A stretch of DNA of 64,000 nucleotides from Malacoraja senta. Its lineage: Eukaryota. Positions 37,561 to 50,907 of this stretch are shown in pieces (positions within the stretch are counted from its first letter, which is position 1; each line of letters starts with the position of its first letter). The notes beneath the pieces were generated by a model, which did no database searches, was not told the origin of the DNA, and saw only the letters and a list, made by a program, of their open reading frames with translations. A program made the translations under genes and the position numbers. The DNA lies in assembly GCA_038087875.1 (NCBI GenBank), contig CM075977.1, positions 265,670,001-265,734,000 of the forward strand, given 5' to 3'.

Positions 37561-38346
37561 CTAATGCTTAGGCGATTTTTCAGCGGACTGCCGGCGACTG
37601 TCAAGTTGCTGGCAGTCGCCTGAAAAACCAGGAACTGGAAAGGCGACTGTCAGAGTGGAAAACACACACACTCACAAACACATCGCAAAGGCAGGAGCCA
37701 GAGCAAGCGGGGGAGCGCTGCCTAAAAAATTCCTACGGTACAAAGCCAAGGTGATACAGACACACACCACGATGAACAGGAAGGTTGGCGCTGTAATTAA
37801 GATGGCTAACGCACAGTGTACGGTAAGTCCTTTAAAAGAGGGGGGGAGAGGAGGGGAGAAGTGGGGGAGGGGGGGAGAAGGAGGGAGAAGGAGTGGAGAC
37901 AACTTTTAAGAAGCCAGAGATATATGGCTGTGAAGTTCGGCGGATATTTAACATTACCGGTCGGTTCCTTGGGTTCTGAAAACTACTGCTTTCCTTTTTT
38001 TTCCCTCCAATGAGCCAATGAAATTCATCGGTCAGCACTGGCTCCAACCTCCGAGAACCTCCGAGAACCTTCGACCTCCTGGCAACCTACTGGAACCTCC
38101 TTGCGACCCACCTACAGCTCGAGAATTCTCGCTAATCTCCATGGCGACTTCATTCTAGTCGCCGTTAATTTTTCAACATGTTGAAAAACTCTCGCCGACC
38201 ATAATGAGGCCGCAACAAGGTCCCAAAATGTGGGAACACCTCACGACCATGAAGGCGACTCTCCGACAACCACCCGCGAACATGTGGCGACTGCAAAGTG
38301 TCCTGCAGTCGCCTAAAAATTTGCCTAAGTGGGACAGGCTCATTAG
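37561..38346. mobile_element. Longer Harbinger-type non-autonomous element (same TIR family)
   Basis: Right end CCTAAGTGGGACAGGC; left end CTTAGGCGATTTTT with partly deleted TIR; GGCGACT/AGTCGCC subterminal repeats shared with 49743-49978. Confidence 0.65.
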
Positions 38347-39736
38347 AGCTCTAATGCAACAGATTACAAAATTAAGTATGGACTTCTGCTTGAAATTGTA
38401 TGCATTTTGTATGATGGTGTACAATGATGGTGAGGGATTTAAGATTTTTCCAGATGGTAAATATTAACTGCTACGCTTTTGCGAGAGTTACTTCTTTTTT
38501 TGGAAAGATGCAAAATCCACATTACAACTATTTTTGAAACTGCACATGTAATATGGTGTTAATTATTTATGGTTGCCCCACAACAAGAGAAACCATGTAA
38601 CATGTTCACTTGTGGGTTCAAACAAATTCCTGTATGTGGCATTTTGCAGAAACTATATATTTTTTTAACATAGCTTGCATTCACATAGCATGCCCCTTGG
38701 ATGCAGCAAAACATTTGTTCCCCTGTAGCCCAGCATTCATCTGACATGAGTCATTTGTGCAGCTTCATTTTGCTGTGTGTTGCCACCCATTTCATGCATT
38801 CTTGTTTTAATGGCGTTAATTCAGACTCCTCCTGAATATAGGCTATTTTTACCAAATGAGATTTGTTGGCCAGTGGCAGTTTCCGCACGCCACTTCCCCT
38901 ATCCACAATCAAGGTCCTGCCCCAATGATCTTATACAAGTAGGTACAGAGATTTCCTAAGAAAAGGAAACATCTAACTATAAATACAGAGGATCATATAA
39001 AGATAAGAATTAATCTCAACTACTGAGGCTTCTCCATCTTTATGACCTAGTAGTGCAGTTTCAAGAACTAGAGCAACATGGCATATGCAGTTATAGACTC
39101 TGATTGAACACGTCTTATAACCTCCTTCCCACAACTATGATATCACAAATTGCTTATACAAAAAAATGTAATCAACGTTTTACTTCACTAGTTCGGAGTC
39201 TAAATGTAAGCCGTGTCACACAAGGAAAATACGCGAAAGAAAAAGGTTTGCAATTCGATCTCAATAGATCTTAAAATAACTCTGCGACAGCAGCTGATCT
39301 TTGACTGCTCCAATCTGATAGTCGTGGTGAGCGTAGCTTACTATAGTGTGAGCAGAAGCACTGGGATTGAAACAGCCCAATTACTGACACATCCCAGATC
39401 TTGCAAGTTTTCAGAATCATAATAGATACTTAATTTTTTTCCCAAATTTCCCAATCATTTTCTTATATTAAAGACTGCTACAAGCTAATTATTTTTTACA
39501 GGCATCTGCATCATATGGTATCCTATAGAAGTAGATTTTCTATGTGCGTGTCCAGAGAATGGATTACCAGGCTCCCTATGTGAACGTTGGGCCTCTAGTT
39601 TGACAGAATCTTTTTTCACTGCCCCTAATCCTGTTCCTGCTCATTCTACGCAAGTGAATGTTCCAGTCGAGGTTACTAAACAGAGTGTAGGGAAGATAAA
39701 TTTAGCTTCTAGCTAATTTTTAATATGTGATTACTT

Positions 39737-40159
39737 CTCCGTGGATTGTCACCTTGTCGTGGTAGAGAAGCTTGTGTGGACCTGAGATCCTGAGGGTGAT
39801 GCCGTCTGGAGCTATGCTCCCGGTAGGGCCACCCATGGTGGTAAGGTCGATGGGGAGGTCTCTGACAAAGAGCAATCCAACCAAGACCTCAATGGTGGAA
39901 CAGGTGGAGGATGATGACTGACCTTAGTGGTGCGTCACAACGGCTGGGAAGGCTGATGAAGGCTGCAGCAGAAAAGGGTCCCCGGTCGTCTTGGACTCCA
40001 TGCCACTGGATCCCGACACAGATCTGTCAAGGACCGTGGGTGGCTGTCTGTGCACCAGTCTCCCCACGTTAAACAAAGTCATGCACAGGCGTCCTCCATA
40101 TAGGGAATAACACCCTGGAGACACCCATTGTCAGCCATAACCGAGGGGGGGGGGTCTAA
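39737..40159 (+). mobile_element. RTE-derived short element (RTE 5'-UTR-like head)
   Basis: Starts with an RTE-type head (TTGTCACCTTGTCGTGGT.GAG.AGCTTG); flanked by GATTACTT (39729-39736, 40160-40167). Confidence 0.55.
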
Positions 40160-40578
40160 GATTACTTTCCACAAATTGATGAAAATCTATTGTTTCTGCA
40201 AAATGTCCAGTGGCTGCATGAAGAATACTGCTTCCAGTTCTATGGTTGCTTGCAAATAGAGGAGTTCTGTTACCACACTTACAATCCAATTTTCATTAAA
40301 GGTGGCAAAAACAAAATAATAGGTAAAGGTTAAGGTTACAAATACAAACTCTTCGCATTTTAATGATTCAGGTTTAAGACAACCTTGAAACAAATTCTAT
40401 GGCATTTATTGGAATTTTAGTAAGAAGAGTCAAGTTGATAATGTATCTGATAGCTGGCAACTACAGCCCAAGTTTATACAGCCAGCCATAAACTCCAATG
40501 TTATACTCCTCAAACCATAAGATTGAGGAGTAGCCTTGTCAGGTAGCAGAGAAGAAAACCCAGGCCATTGTAAAGTAA

Positions 40579-40888
40579 AGGGCCCGTCCCACTTTCCTGA
40601 GTCCTTTGCCGAGTTGATAGGACCTTAAAAAAAAATCAAGATTTTTGTGATCTACGACCTCCTCCTCCCGACTATCTTTTTACTCGTGGACTTTTTTGTC
40701 ATGCTGAAAAAAACGTCCCAGACTTACCTGACCCCCCCGAGTACCTACGGCTGGCATAATGAGCTACTACGATATATCTATGGACTCCTACGGCCTCCTA
40801 CGGACTCGCTACGGACATTCTCCGAGTTTGAATCAAGGGGAAAACTCAGGAGAATTTGTGAGTAACTTGGGAAAGTGGGACAGGCCCT
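40579..40888. mobile_element. PIF/Harbinger-type MITE
   Basis: TIRs AGGGCCCGTCCCACTTTCC / GGAAAGTGGGACAGGCCCT with TAA TSD on both sides. Confidence 0.85.
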
Positions 40889-41485
40889 TAAGGAGTGAAG
40901 AACTTGAATTAGTGGGTAATAGGACAGACTGCAAGTTAACAAAAAGGCATAAGTGGGAAACTGCAAGGCAGATGCATAAAAAGTAAATTAGTATGACAAG
41001 ACAAAGAATACAATATCACAGGCATAGGGGAAGGCCAGTCAGCGCCTCCTGCCTTTTCCACTGTTCACTAGATCATTGTTGATTCATACCACAAACTCCA
41101 ATTTAATCACCGTTGATTCAAATCTTATCTATTCAAATTTAAATTTCAGAATGGAAATTTTAAGAGCCTCCACACAGAATTTCATATTTCTACCACTTTT
41201 CATTGTTTAAAAAATAATGCTACATCGACTCAAAACAGGGGTAAAAGCTACTAGGTATTTACTCTACAACATATTTAAAGTAATCTCTTTCATCCCAAGT
41301 TCCGCTTAATCACATAGTTATGGTTTAGGGAGAGATTGAAAATAATAATATCATGATAGGCTGATCCAGAAGATTAAGATGCATGGGATCCATGGTGACT
41401 TGGTTTTTTGGATATAAAACTAGCTTACTCATACAAGACAGGCTTGTGGTGTAACGGTGAGTTCTACAGGGATTTGTGCTGGACC

Positions 41486-41685
41486 NNNNNNNNNNNNNNN
41501 NNNNNNNNNNNNNNNNNNNNNNNNNNNNNNNNNNNNNNNNNNNNNNNNNNNNNNNNNNNNNNNNNNNNNNNNNNNNNNNNNNNNNNNNNNNNNNNNNNNN
41601 NNNNNNNNNNNNNNNNNNNNNNNNNNNNNNNNNNNNNNNNNNNNNNNNNNNNNNNNNNNNNNNNNNNNNNNNNNNNNNNNNNNNN
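41486..41685. other. Assembly gap (200 N)
   Basis: N run. Confidence 1.
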
Positions 41686-43133
41686 TTCATACCCCTTGAA
41701 CTTTTCCACATTTTGTCACGTTACAACCACAAACGTAAATGTATTTTATTGGGATTTTATGTGATAGACCAACACAAAGTGGTGCATAATTGTGAAGTGG
41801 AAGGAAAATGATACATGGTTTTCAATTTTTTTTACAAATAATAAAACTGAAAAGTGTCACGTGCAAACGTATTCAGCCCCCCTGAGTCAATACTTTGTAG
41901 AACCACCTTTCCCTGCAATTACAGCTGCAAGTCTTTTGGGGTATGTCTCTACCAGCTTTGCACATCTAGAGACTGAAATTTTTGCCCATTCTTCTTTGCA
42001 AAATAGCTCAAGCTCAGTCAGATTGGATGGAGAGCGTCTGTGAACAGCAATTTTCAAGTCTTGCCAGAGATTCTCAATTGGATTTAGGTCTGGACTTTGA
42101 CTGGGTCATTCTAACACATGAATATGCTTTGATCTAAACCATTCCATTGTAGCTCTGGCTGTATGTTTAGGGTCGTTGTCCTGCTGGAAGGTGAACCTCC
42201 GCCCCAGTCTCAAGTCTTTTGCAGAATCTAACAGGTTTTCTTCCAAGATTGCCCTGTATTTGGCTCCATCCATCTTCCCATCAACTCTGACCAGCTTCCC
42301 TGTCCCTGCTGAAGAAAAGCATCCCCACAGCATGATTCTGCCACCACCATGTTTCACAGTGGGGATGGTGTGTTCAGGGTGATGTGCAGTGTTAGGTTTC
42401 CGCCACACATAGCGTTTTGCATTTAGGCCAAAAACTTCAATTTTGGTCTCATCTGACCAGAGCACCTTCCTCCACATGTTTGCTGTGTCCCCCACATGGC
42501 TTGTGGCAAACTGCAAACGGGACTTCTTATGGCTTTTTTTCAACAATGGCTTTCTTCTTGCCACTCTTCCATAAAGGCCCGATTTGTGGAGTGCACGACT
42601 AATAGTTGTCCTGTGGACAGATTCTCCCACCTGAGCTGTGGATCTCTGCAGCTCCTCCAGAGTTACCATGGGCCTCTTGGCTGCTTCTCTGATCAATGCT
42701 CTCCTTGCCCGGCCTGTCAGTTTAGGTGGACGACCATGTCTTGGTAGGTTTGCAGTTGTGCCATACTCTTTCCATTTTCAGATGATGGATTGAATAGTGC
42801 TCCGTGAGATGTTCAAAGCTTGGGATATTTTTTTATAACCTAACCCTGCTTTAAAATTCTCCACAACTTTATCCCTGACCTGTCTGGTGTGTTCCTTGGG
42901 CATCATGATGCTGTTTGTTCACTAATGCTCTCTAACAAACCTCTGAGGCCTTCACAGAACAGCTGTATTTATACTGAGATTAGATTACACACAAGTGGAC
43001 TCTATTTAATAATTAGGTGACTTCTGAAGGCAATTGGTTGCACTGGATTTTATTTAGGGGTATCAGAGTAAAGGGGGCTGAATACTTTTGCACGCGACAC
43101 TTTTCAGTTTTTTATTTGTAAAAAAATTTGAAA
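41686..43133 (-). mobile_element. Tc1/mariner IR-DR transposon, Passport (PPTN)-like, termini truncated by assembly gaps
   Basis: Long inverted repeats (about 41820-41884 vs 43070-43133, with the direct-repeat core GTATTCAGCCCCC) enclose a DD34E transposase frame. Confidence 0.93.
41887..42906 (-). pseudogene. Full-length (339 codons plus stop) DD34E Tc1 transposase with two nonsense codons
   Basis: Reads MMPKEHTRQVRDKVV...WSDETK...FQQDNDPKH...[15 protein letters not shown]...KGGSTKY* with no frameshift. TGA at 42778-42780 (codon 43) and 42106-42108 (codon 267). 34 residues between the second D and the E. Confidence 0.92.
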
Positions 43134-43390
43134 NNNNNNNNNNNNNNNNNNNNNNNNNNNNNNNNNNNNNNNNNNNNNNNNNNNNNNNNNNNNNNNNNNN
43201 NNNNNNNNNNNNNNNNNNNNNNNNNNNNNNNNNNNNNNNNNNNNNNNNNNNNNNNNNNNNNNNNNNNNNNNNNNNNNNNNNNNNNNNNNNNNNNNNNNNN
43301 NNNNNNNNNNNNNNNNNNNNNNNNNNNNNNNNNNNNNNNNNNNNNNNNNNNNNNNNNNNNNNNNNNNNNNNNNNNNNNNNNNNNNNNNNN
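43134..43390. other. Assembly gap (257 N)
   Basis: N run. Confidence 1.
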
Positions 43391-44090
43391 AGAGAGCGAG
43401 GGGGGAGGGAGAGAGAGAGGGGGAGGGAGAGAGAGAGAGGGGGGAGAGAGAGAGGGGGGGAGAGGGGGCTAGAGAGTGAGGGCAGAGAGAGAATGGGGAG
43501 AGAAAGTGAAAGTGGCAGAGACAGAAGAGCAAGAGACAGAAGGAGAGGGGGTGGAGGAGGAGAGGGAGGGTGACGGAGAGTGGGTGAGAGTGGGGTGAGA
43601 GAGATGGGAGGAGAGAGAGAGGGGAAGAGAGGGGGAGAGAGAGGGAGAGAGGGGGCTGAGAGGGGGGAGGGGGAAGGGAAGGGAGGAAGGGGAGGGGGTG
43701 AGGGAGGGGGAGGGACGGTGGGGAGGGGATGAGGTGGAGGGAAGGGGGTGGAGGGGAGAAGGGAGGGCAGGAGGTAGATGGGGTTGGGGAGAGAGGGGGA
43801 AGAGTGTGGAGGGAGGGGAGAGGGGTACGGGGGGGAGAGGGGGAAGAGTGGGGAGGGAGGAGGAGATGGGGTAGGGGAGAGAGGGGAGGGAGGGTGAGAG
43901 GGGTAGGGGGAGAGAGGGGGACAAGTGGGGAGGGAGGGGGAGAGGGGTGGGGGCAGTCCATCTATTCCCCACTCCCTATCACCCCCACTCCTCTCCCTCT
44001 ATTCCAACACTCTCCCTCCTCACCTCCCCCATTCCCCCCTCTCCCTCCTCTCCCTCAATCCCCCCACTACCCCTCTTCACCTCCCCAGGA
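43391..44090. repeat. Low-complexity polypurine (GA/G-rich) tract that switches to a polypyrimidine tract
   Basis: G/A-dominated to about 43955, then C/T-dominated to about 44088. Confidence 0.9.
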
Positions 44091-45244
44091 TCTTGCTCGT
44101 TCAGAGAGAGGAACACAGAACAGGGAGGAGTCAGAGAGCCAAAGACTTATCTCTTCTCACGATCTGCAGAGTATTTTGAGAACGGGGGGGGGGGGGTTGG
44201 AGCGGGCGGGCGGGCGAGTGGAGCTAAGGGAGGCGCGGCGCGAGCGTAGTTGTGGGGGGGGGGGGGTTGGAGCGGGCGGGCGAGTCGAGCTGCGGGAGGC
44301 GCGGCGCGAGCGTAGTTGGAGGGAAGGGGGAGGAGAGCCGGGTTGCCAAATGAAGAGAGAGAGAGAAGCCGCTTGATTGGTCGGCATGTATGCATTGTGA
44401 CGTCACAGCTCGTGAGTTCCGTTTAGATTTTAAAATGAGTGGGGGGGGTTTGGCTGACCAAAGAATCAAAGGCCAAAAAATCTAATCTGAAAAAAAAATC
44501 TGAAAATGGAACATGACATACACCCACAAACACAGAGTTTTAATAATATAATATATATATATATAAAATATATGTAATTTGTAGGAGTTACAAAGTATAC
44601 AGTGAAATATAGATCAGCTACAAAGATGGGCAGAGAAATGGAAGATGGAGTTAAATATGAACAAGTATGAACTGCTATACTTTGGGAGATTGATTGGAAA
44701 TGGAAATGGCTGCCTGGGGTGGTGGTTGAGGCAGATACGATAGTGGCATTTAAGAGACTTTTAGATATGCAGGGGGGATATGGATCACGTACAGGCAGAG
44801 GAGATTAGTTTGATGTGGCATCATGTTTGGCAGGGGTACTGTGGGTTGAAGGGCCTGTTCCTGGGTTGTACTGCTCCATGTTAATATGTGAGACAGGCAG
44901 TATCACTGGGATATGTCAATCAAGAGAGGACATCTGCCATGTTTACCTGGCCATGCCTAAATGCGCCACTGCGGTGTATTTAACTGTTCACTGTCTTTTC
45001 AGTTCATGAGCAGTTAGGGATGGACAGTAAATCTAAGGATTGTCTGTGGTGTCCACTGTTAGGATGAATGATTGACATACATGGCATGTGGTGTGATAGT
45101 AGGTTCTATTTGTTCCAGTGGTGACCAGTCTCCGGCATCTCAGGCCAACTTGTCCAAGTTCACCTGCAATACTCCAGAAGAAACACTAAATGGAGTATAA
45201 CATCATCACTTGCATCTCCACATAGAATGTGCATCAGATATGTG

Positions 45245-46050
45245 ACTTGGATAGGTTGGGTGAGTGGGCAGATGCATGGCAGATGCAGTATAATGTGAGG
45301 TTATCCACTTTGGTGGCAAAAACAAGAAGGCAGATTATTATCTGAATGGTGTCAGATTAGAAAAGGGGAGTACAACAAGACCTGGGTGTCCTTGTACATC
45401 AGTCACTGAAAGCATGCAGGTACTGCAGGGAGTGAAGAAAGCAAATGGCATGGCTGTTCATAACGAGAGGATTTGAGTATAGGAGCAAGGAGGTCCTGCT
45501 GCAGTTGTACAGGGCCCTGGTGAGACCTCACCTGGAGTATTGTGTGCAGTTTTGGTCTCCTAATTCGTGGAAGGACATTTTTGCTATAGAGGGAGTGCAG
45601 AGTAGGTTCACCAAGTTAATTCCCAAGATGGTGGGACTGGCATATGATGAAAGAATGGATTGACTGGGCTTATATTCACTGGAATTTAGAAGGATGAGAC
45701 GGGATCTTATAGAAACATATAATAAGGGATTGGACAGGCTGGATGTAAGAAAAATGTTCCCGCTGAAGTGGGGGAACACAGAGCCAGGGGTCACAGTATA
45801 AGAATAGGAGGTAGTCCATTTAGGACTGAGATGAAGAAAAATCTTTTCACCCTGAGATTTGTGAATCTGTGGAATTCTCTGCCACAAAAGGCAGTGGAGG
45901 CCAATTCACTGGATGTTTTCAAGAGACAGTTAGATTTAGCTCTTGGGGCTAACGTAATCAAGGGATATGGAGACAGCAGCAACAGGGTACAGATTCTGGA
46001 TGATCAGCCATGGGCCGAATGGCCTACTCCTGCACCTATTTTGTGTTTCT
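45245..46050 (+). mobile_element. CR1 LINE 3' fragment
   Basis: LYRALVRPHLEYCVQFWSP and FVNLWNSLPQKAVEA. Confidence 0.9.
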
Positions 46051-47084
46051 AGAGCACAAGAGTAACAAAGCTCTGAAGCGTTTGGTTGTATTTCAGAATG
46101 ATGCTAACTGATCTGGAAGTGGCGATTATCAAGCTCCCGTTTGGAAAAATCACAAATGTTTGCACAAACAATGTGATACGAAATGAATTTCTAGATTCCC
46201 TCCAACTTTAGCGTAAACTGTGAACTAGATATGCAACTTTATCTAAATCATTGGTACAAAGAATGAAAAGCACAGCACAGAATTTAAGAGAGCAAATTAT
46301 ACCCTTTTTTAAACCTCAATTCTGCATTACCTCCAAATAGCAATCCAGAAAACAGTAAAAAATCATACAAAATAAAATCCATATCATTAAAATCCACTTC
46401 ATTAAAATTACTCCCAAAATGCAATAGCCAGCTAAAGGATGTATTGCTTTTCTTGGCCATATTTTCTCATATTGCTTTGTTCAATGGTTCTATCAAAATT
46501 CCCCAAATGTAATTTGACAGACTTGAAGTGATTTGGAGAATTTAAAAAATGCACAAACCACAAAATATTCTATTGAATTTTCAAAAATTGACAAAAAAAC
46601 TCCCCAAGGAAGAGTTGGATCTTCTAGTTCATTACAGATGTCTAAGCTGATGATTTTAGCTGATGTTAGCACCTATGCCCTTAAGGAACATAAATCATCT
46701 GAATTGGGTTTACATTTTTCACCTTCTCAAGCAGCTCATTCAGCTCCAGACTAAAACTGCTTTAATGATATTTGCCTCTTGAGTAGATCCTGTGAACCAG
46801 CTGAATGAGTTTATGTTACATTTCATTTTCTATGGCTGGGGAATAGAGTCACACTCATGATCCAAATGTCTACTGTTGGCTGGATAAAACTGGGTTTCAA
46901 CAGCATGAAAGCTGAGTGCCATGTCAATGATGCTTAACATTAATAATCAAAATTAAAAGAATAACATTTAAAGGAAAGCTCAATGTGAAGAGCTAGGATA
47001 CTAAGATATAAACATGATCACAACTGATAATTTGGTGTAAATGGAAGCAGTAAAATAGCATCTATTGGTATCTGTACCAAGGTA

Positions 47085-49065
47085 CAGTGAACTGTAGATG
47101 GAGTCAATGGAAGGGAGGTTGGTCTGGGCTGCATCTGCAATTCTCTGCAATTTTGCGGTCTTGGTTAGAGCTGTTCCCAAACTATGCTGCGATGCATCCT
47201 GATAAAATGCTTTCTAAGGCACATCTGGAGAAGCTGGTGAGAGTTGTTGGGGACTTACCAAAGGTCATAAGCCTTGTAAGGAAGTAGAGGGCCAGTGCTT
47301 CAATATGGCTAGTCCAGCACAAGTCGCTGGTGATATTTAATCCAAGGAACTTGAAGCTTTCAACCATCTCTACTTTGATGCCATCAACGTATACCGGGGT
47401 CTGTGTACTATTTCGCTTCTTGAAGTCGATCACTATCTCTTTTGTCTTGCTGACATTGAAAGGTTGTTGTCTTGACATCAGGTCACAAGGTTCTCCATCT
47501 CCTTCCTGTATTCCGTCTCATCGTTATTTGATATCCGGCCCACAATGGTGTTGTCCTCGAATTTGTGAATTGGATATATACTTGGCTGCACAGTCGCGGG
47601 TGTATAAGCAATAAAGAAGGAGGCTGAGAATGCGCCCTTGTGGAGCACGAGTGTTGAGGATTATCGTAGAGTATGATTTGTCCCCTTTCCTCACTGATTC
47701 AAAGGTTCATTTATTGTCACATACACCAATTGGTGTAGTGAAATTCGAGTTGCCATTGCAGCACATTAATAAGAATACAACACAACATTATAAAGAAATT
47801 TAACATAAAACATAAAAACATCCCCCCACAATGGTTCCTACTGTGAGGGAAGGCACAAAGTCCAGTCCCCATCCCCTTGTCCACCCATAGTTGGGCCTAT
47901 TGAGGCCTCTGCAGTCGCCGCTACGGGGCCCAATGTTTCAGGCCCTTCTCGCCGGGTGATGGTGCTCCGGCGTCGGGAGAATCCTCTCAGCGGCTTGGGA
48001 TGCCTGGAATGGCCGCTTCCTTACCGGAGACCACGACTTCCGAAGTCGATAGGCTGTGCTGGACGGAGCTCCACCACTGGTGATCTCGGCGAGAAATCCC
48101 AGGCTCCCGATGTCAAAGTCAGCGCCGCCGCCCGCGGCTGGCCGCTCCACAGAACCGCAGCTTCGTGATGTTCATCGGCGGTCTCTAGCGCGGCGACCCG
48201 GGCAAGGCATCGCCCGCTCTGCTCTGCGATAGCGCACCAATGCTGTGCCACCGCCGAAGCCGTGGTTCTGGCCGGTTCCCTCAGGAAAGGCCGCTCCAGA
48301 CCCGCTGGTAGGCAGCGAGGACGGGTCGAAGACGCTGCTTGGAGGAAAGCCGCCTCTCCGACCAGGTAGGGACTAGGAAAAGCAGTTTCCCCCTTCCCCC
48401 CCCTACATAAAAAGATTAGTCCTCCAAAAACAAAACACTATTCAACATACAATTTTTTTTTTAAAGAAGCAAAAAGACAGACAGCTGCAGGCAAGGCAGC
48501 CATACCCAACTGGACGGCGCCCCCTAAGGAGTGGGGTCTGTTGGGCAGGAATTCGAGGATCCAGTTGCAGAGATGAGTGCTGACTCCAAGTTCCACAAGT
48601 TTGGTGTTGAACTTGGCTGTGATAATGGTATTAAAAGCAGAGATCTGGTTTATGAATAGAGGTCTGACATAGTTGTTTATCTTATCCAGGTGCTCCAGGG
48701 ATTAGTGCAAGGCCAGGGGGATGGCATCAGCCATGGACCTGTTGTGGTGGTAGGCAAACAGCAGTGGGTCAAGTCTGCTTGGTAGACTGGATTTAATGTG
48801 TTTCATAACCAGCCTCACAAAGCACGCCTTGATGGTGGATGTCAAGGCCACTGGATGGTAGTCATTAAGGCATGAGATCTTGCTTTTCTTCAGCACCGGG
48901 ATGATGGTGGTCTTCTTGAAGCAGGTGGGTACCTCATCTGGAGAAACTAAAGATGTCCGCGAATACTCCCGCTAGTTGGTCCACGCAGTCTCTAAGGACA
49001 CATCCAAGGATTCTATCCAGGCCACTTGATTTCCATGGGCTCACCCTCAGGAAGGCTGATCTAAC
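47085..49065 (-). mobile_element. Rex1/Babar-like LINE RT fragment interrupted by a GC-rich insertion (about 47700-48530)
   Basis: [37 protein letters not shown] and ESILSGCI motifs. Confidence 0.82.
47700..48530 (-). mobile_element. CpG-rich non-autonomous retroposon nested in Rex1
   Basis: Interrupts contiguous Rex1 sequence; minus-strand 3' end TGTGACAATAAATGAACCTTTG is LINE-tail-like; no RT coding. Confidence 0.6.
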
Positions 49066-49742
49066 TTCTGCAACACTGAAGAGGCACACTTGAAATTGAT
49101 GAAACGGATGTTATCTCCCTATTGGCCTTCTGGTCAAAGGGAGCATAGAAAGCATAGTTCATCAGGTAGGGCCGTACTGTCGCCAGTGATGTTTCCTGAC
49201 TTCACTTTGCAGCCAGTTATAGTATTCTGCAGGTATCCAAATGATTATACTGCGAGTCAAGTTTGTCCCGGTATTGTCTCTTGGCATCCTTGATGGTTTT
49301 GCAAAGATCATACCAAGCTTCCTCATACTACTCAGGATTGTTTGACTTGTACAGAATGTACCTGCCCTATGAATATACATTACGGTTTTTGGATAGCGGC
49401 CTGCTTTCTACCATAAGAGAGCATGAGGGTGATGTCCCACTTCAGGAAATCGATATTCCCACCCCACCAAGAGTCAAGAGTGTTTTATTGTCATATGTCC
49501 CAGATAGAGCAATGAAATACTTACTTGCAGCAGCACAACAGAATATGTAAACATAGTACACTGTCTCTTGTAGTAACAGCACAATCAACTTTCCCAGACT
49601 ATGGCCATGCCTGGCAGCTGCAGCAGGTGAAGAGTGGTCCTTCTGGGGTAAGAGTTTATCATGGGATTCCTCAAGGCAGCAACTTTCATAGGCCTATAGG
49701 CGTTGCATTATCATAGGCCTATTCATCACTTTAAGGGGCTAA

Positions 49743-49978
49743 AGGGCCTGTCCCACGGCGATTTTTTCGGCGACTGTCGGCTTCATTGACTGACCTATCA
49801 GGTCACCGAAAAAGTCACGGCCTGATGCGGCATGATGACGTATTGACGCGCGGTGTCACAAGTGTCGCAACATTTTTTTTGTCGCCACTGGATTTTGAAA
49901 TGTTCAAAATCTTTTGGCGACCTGATACATCAGTCAATGACGCCGGCAGTCACCGAAAAAATTGGCAAGTGGGGACCT
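49743..49978. mobile_element. PIF/Harbinger-type MITE (same TIR family)
   Basis: Left TIR AGGGCCTGTCCCAC, degenerate right end AAGTGGGGACCT, TAA flanks, internal GGCGAC/GTCGCC repeats. Confidence 0.7.
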
Positions 49979-50907
49979 TAACAGAGGACTGTGGTCATTC
50001 CTGAAGGAGGCTACATAAGGTTAGTCCCTCTACGTACCTTTGCATCGAGGCCCAACTTGTACAGAACCGACTTCCCCAACTCTCAACCATATATTTGACC
50101 CCCGAAACTCGTGAAAGCACACCAATTTTCAATACCTGAACCCCCTCCCCACTCAGCTCTTGATCATATCCTCCTTCTGCCCCCTCTTTCCTCCCAATAA
50201 TGAAGGAATGCCACTCCAATCTTGTCTGACCTATACTCTATCCCTGAGATGGCAACCACTCATTCAAATCAACTCACCTGATTTCCACACAGACCAAGAA
50301 TAACTTCACCATGACTACCTAATTTTTAACTACAAGACTGTGCAATGACTTTTGGATCACAGTGATGCTTTCAGCATTACCAAATATTGCAATGTTGATT
50401 TCATTATCTTGACAGTTATGAACTTATGCTACTGTGTTTGTAAGCGATTATAATGATGTTCTCTAATATCCAAGCCAAAGTTTCATTTTGAAACAATCAC
50501 ATTTAAAATGGGGGTCATTATTTTCGTTTATACTTTATTTTGCCCAAAATTTGCTTCAAATTAGTTATGCATCGGTTATGAGAAAAATAATTAGTGCATT
50601 GTAACGTTCATACCACTGATTGTGCCCTTTTTTGTTCATTTAGATGTTTGTTAATGAAAGATCCTGAGAAAGCAGGACTTCCTCAGACTGTGAATAGGAA
50701 TCAGATTATGCAAACAGATATGAAAGGGCAAAATATCTTCCTGCCAATTTCCAAGAAAGTGAAAGGCAGTAAAGTTACTGACAATCCAATTCTTTCTTCA
50801 TTGCTTTATGGACACAAGATAATTAGCAGTAAAACGGACATTTAGATATGACGCAAGCACGATTGATGTAATGTTATAATGCATCGATAGAACTTTAACA
50901 CAATTAA

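Noticed and set aside
41325-41811. ORFs containing X runs
   Set aside because: They translate through an assembly gap.
43088-44469. Long ORFs (up to 285 aa)
   Set aside because: They span N gaps and GA/CT low-complexity sequence.
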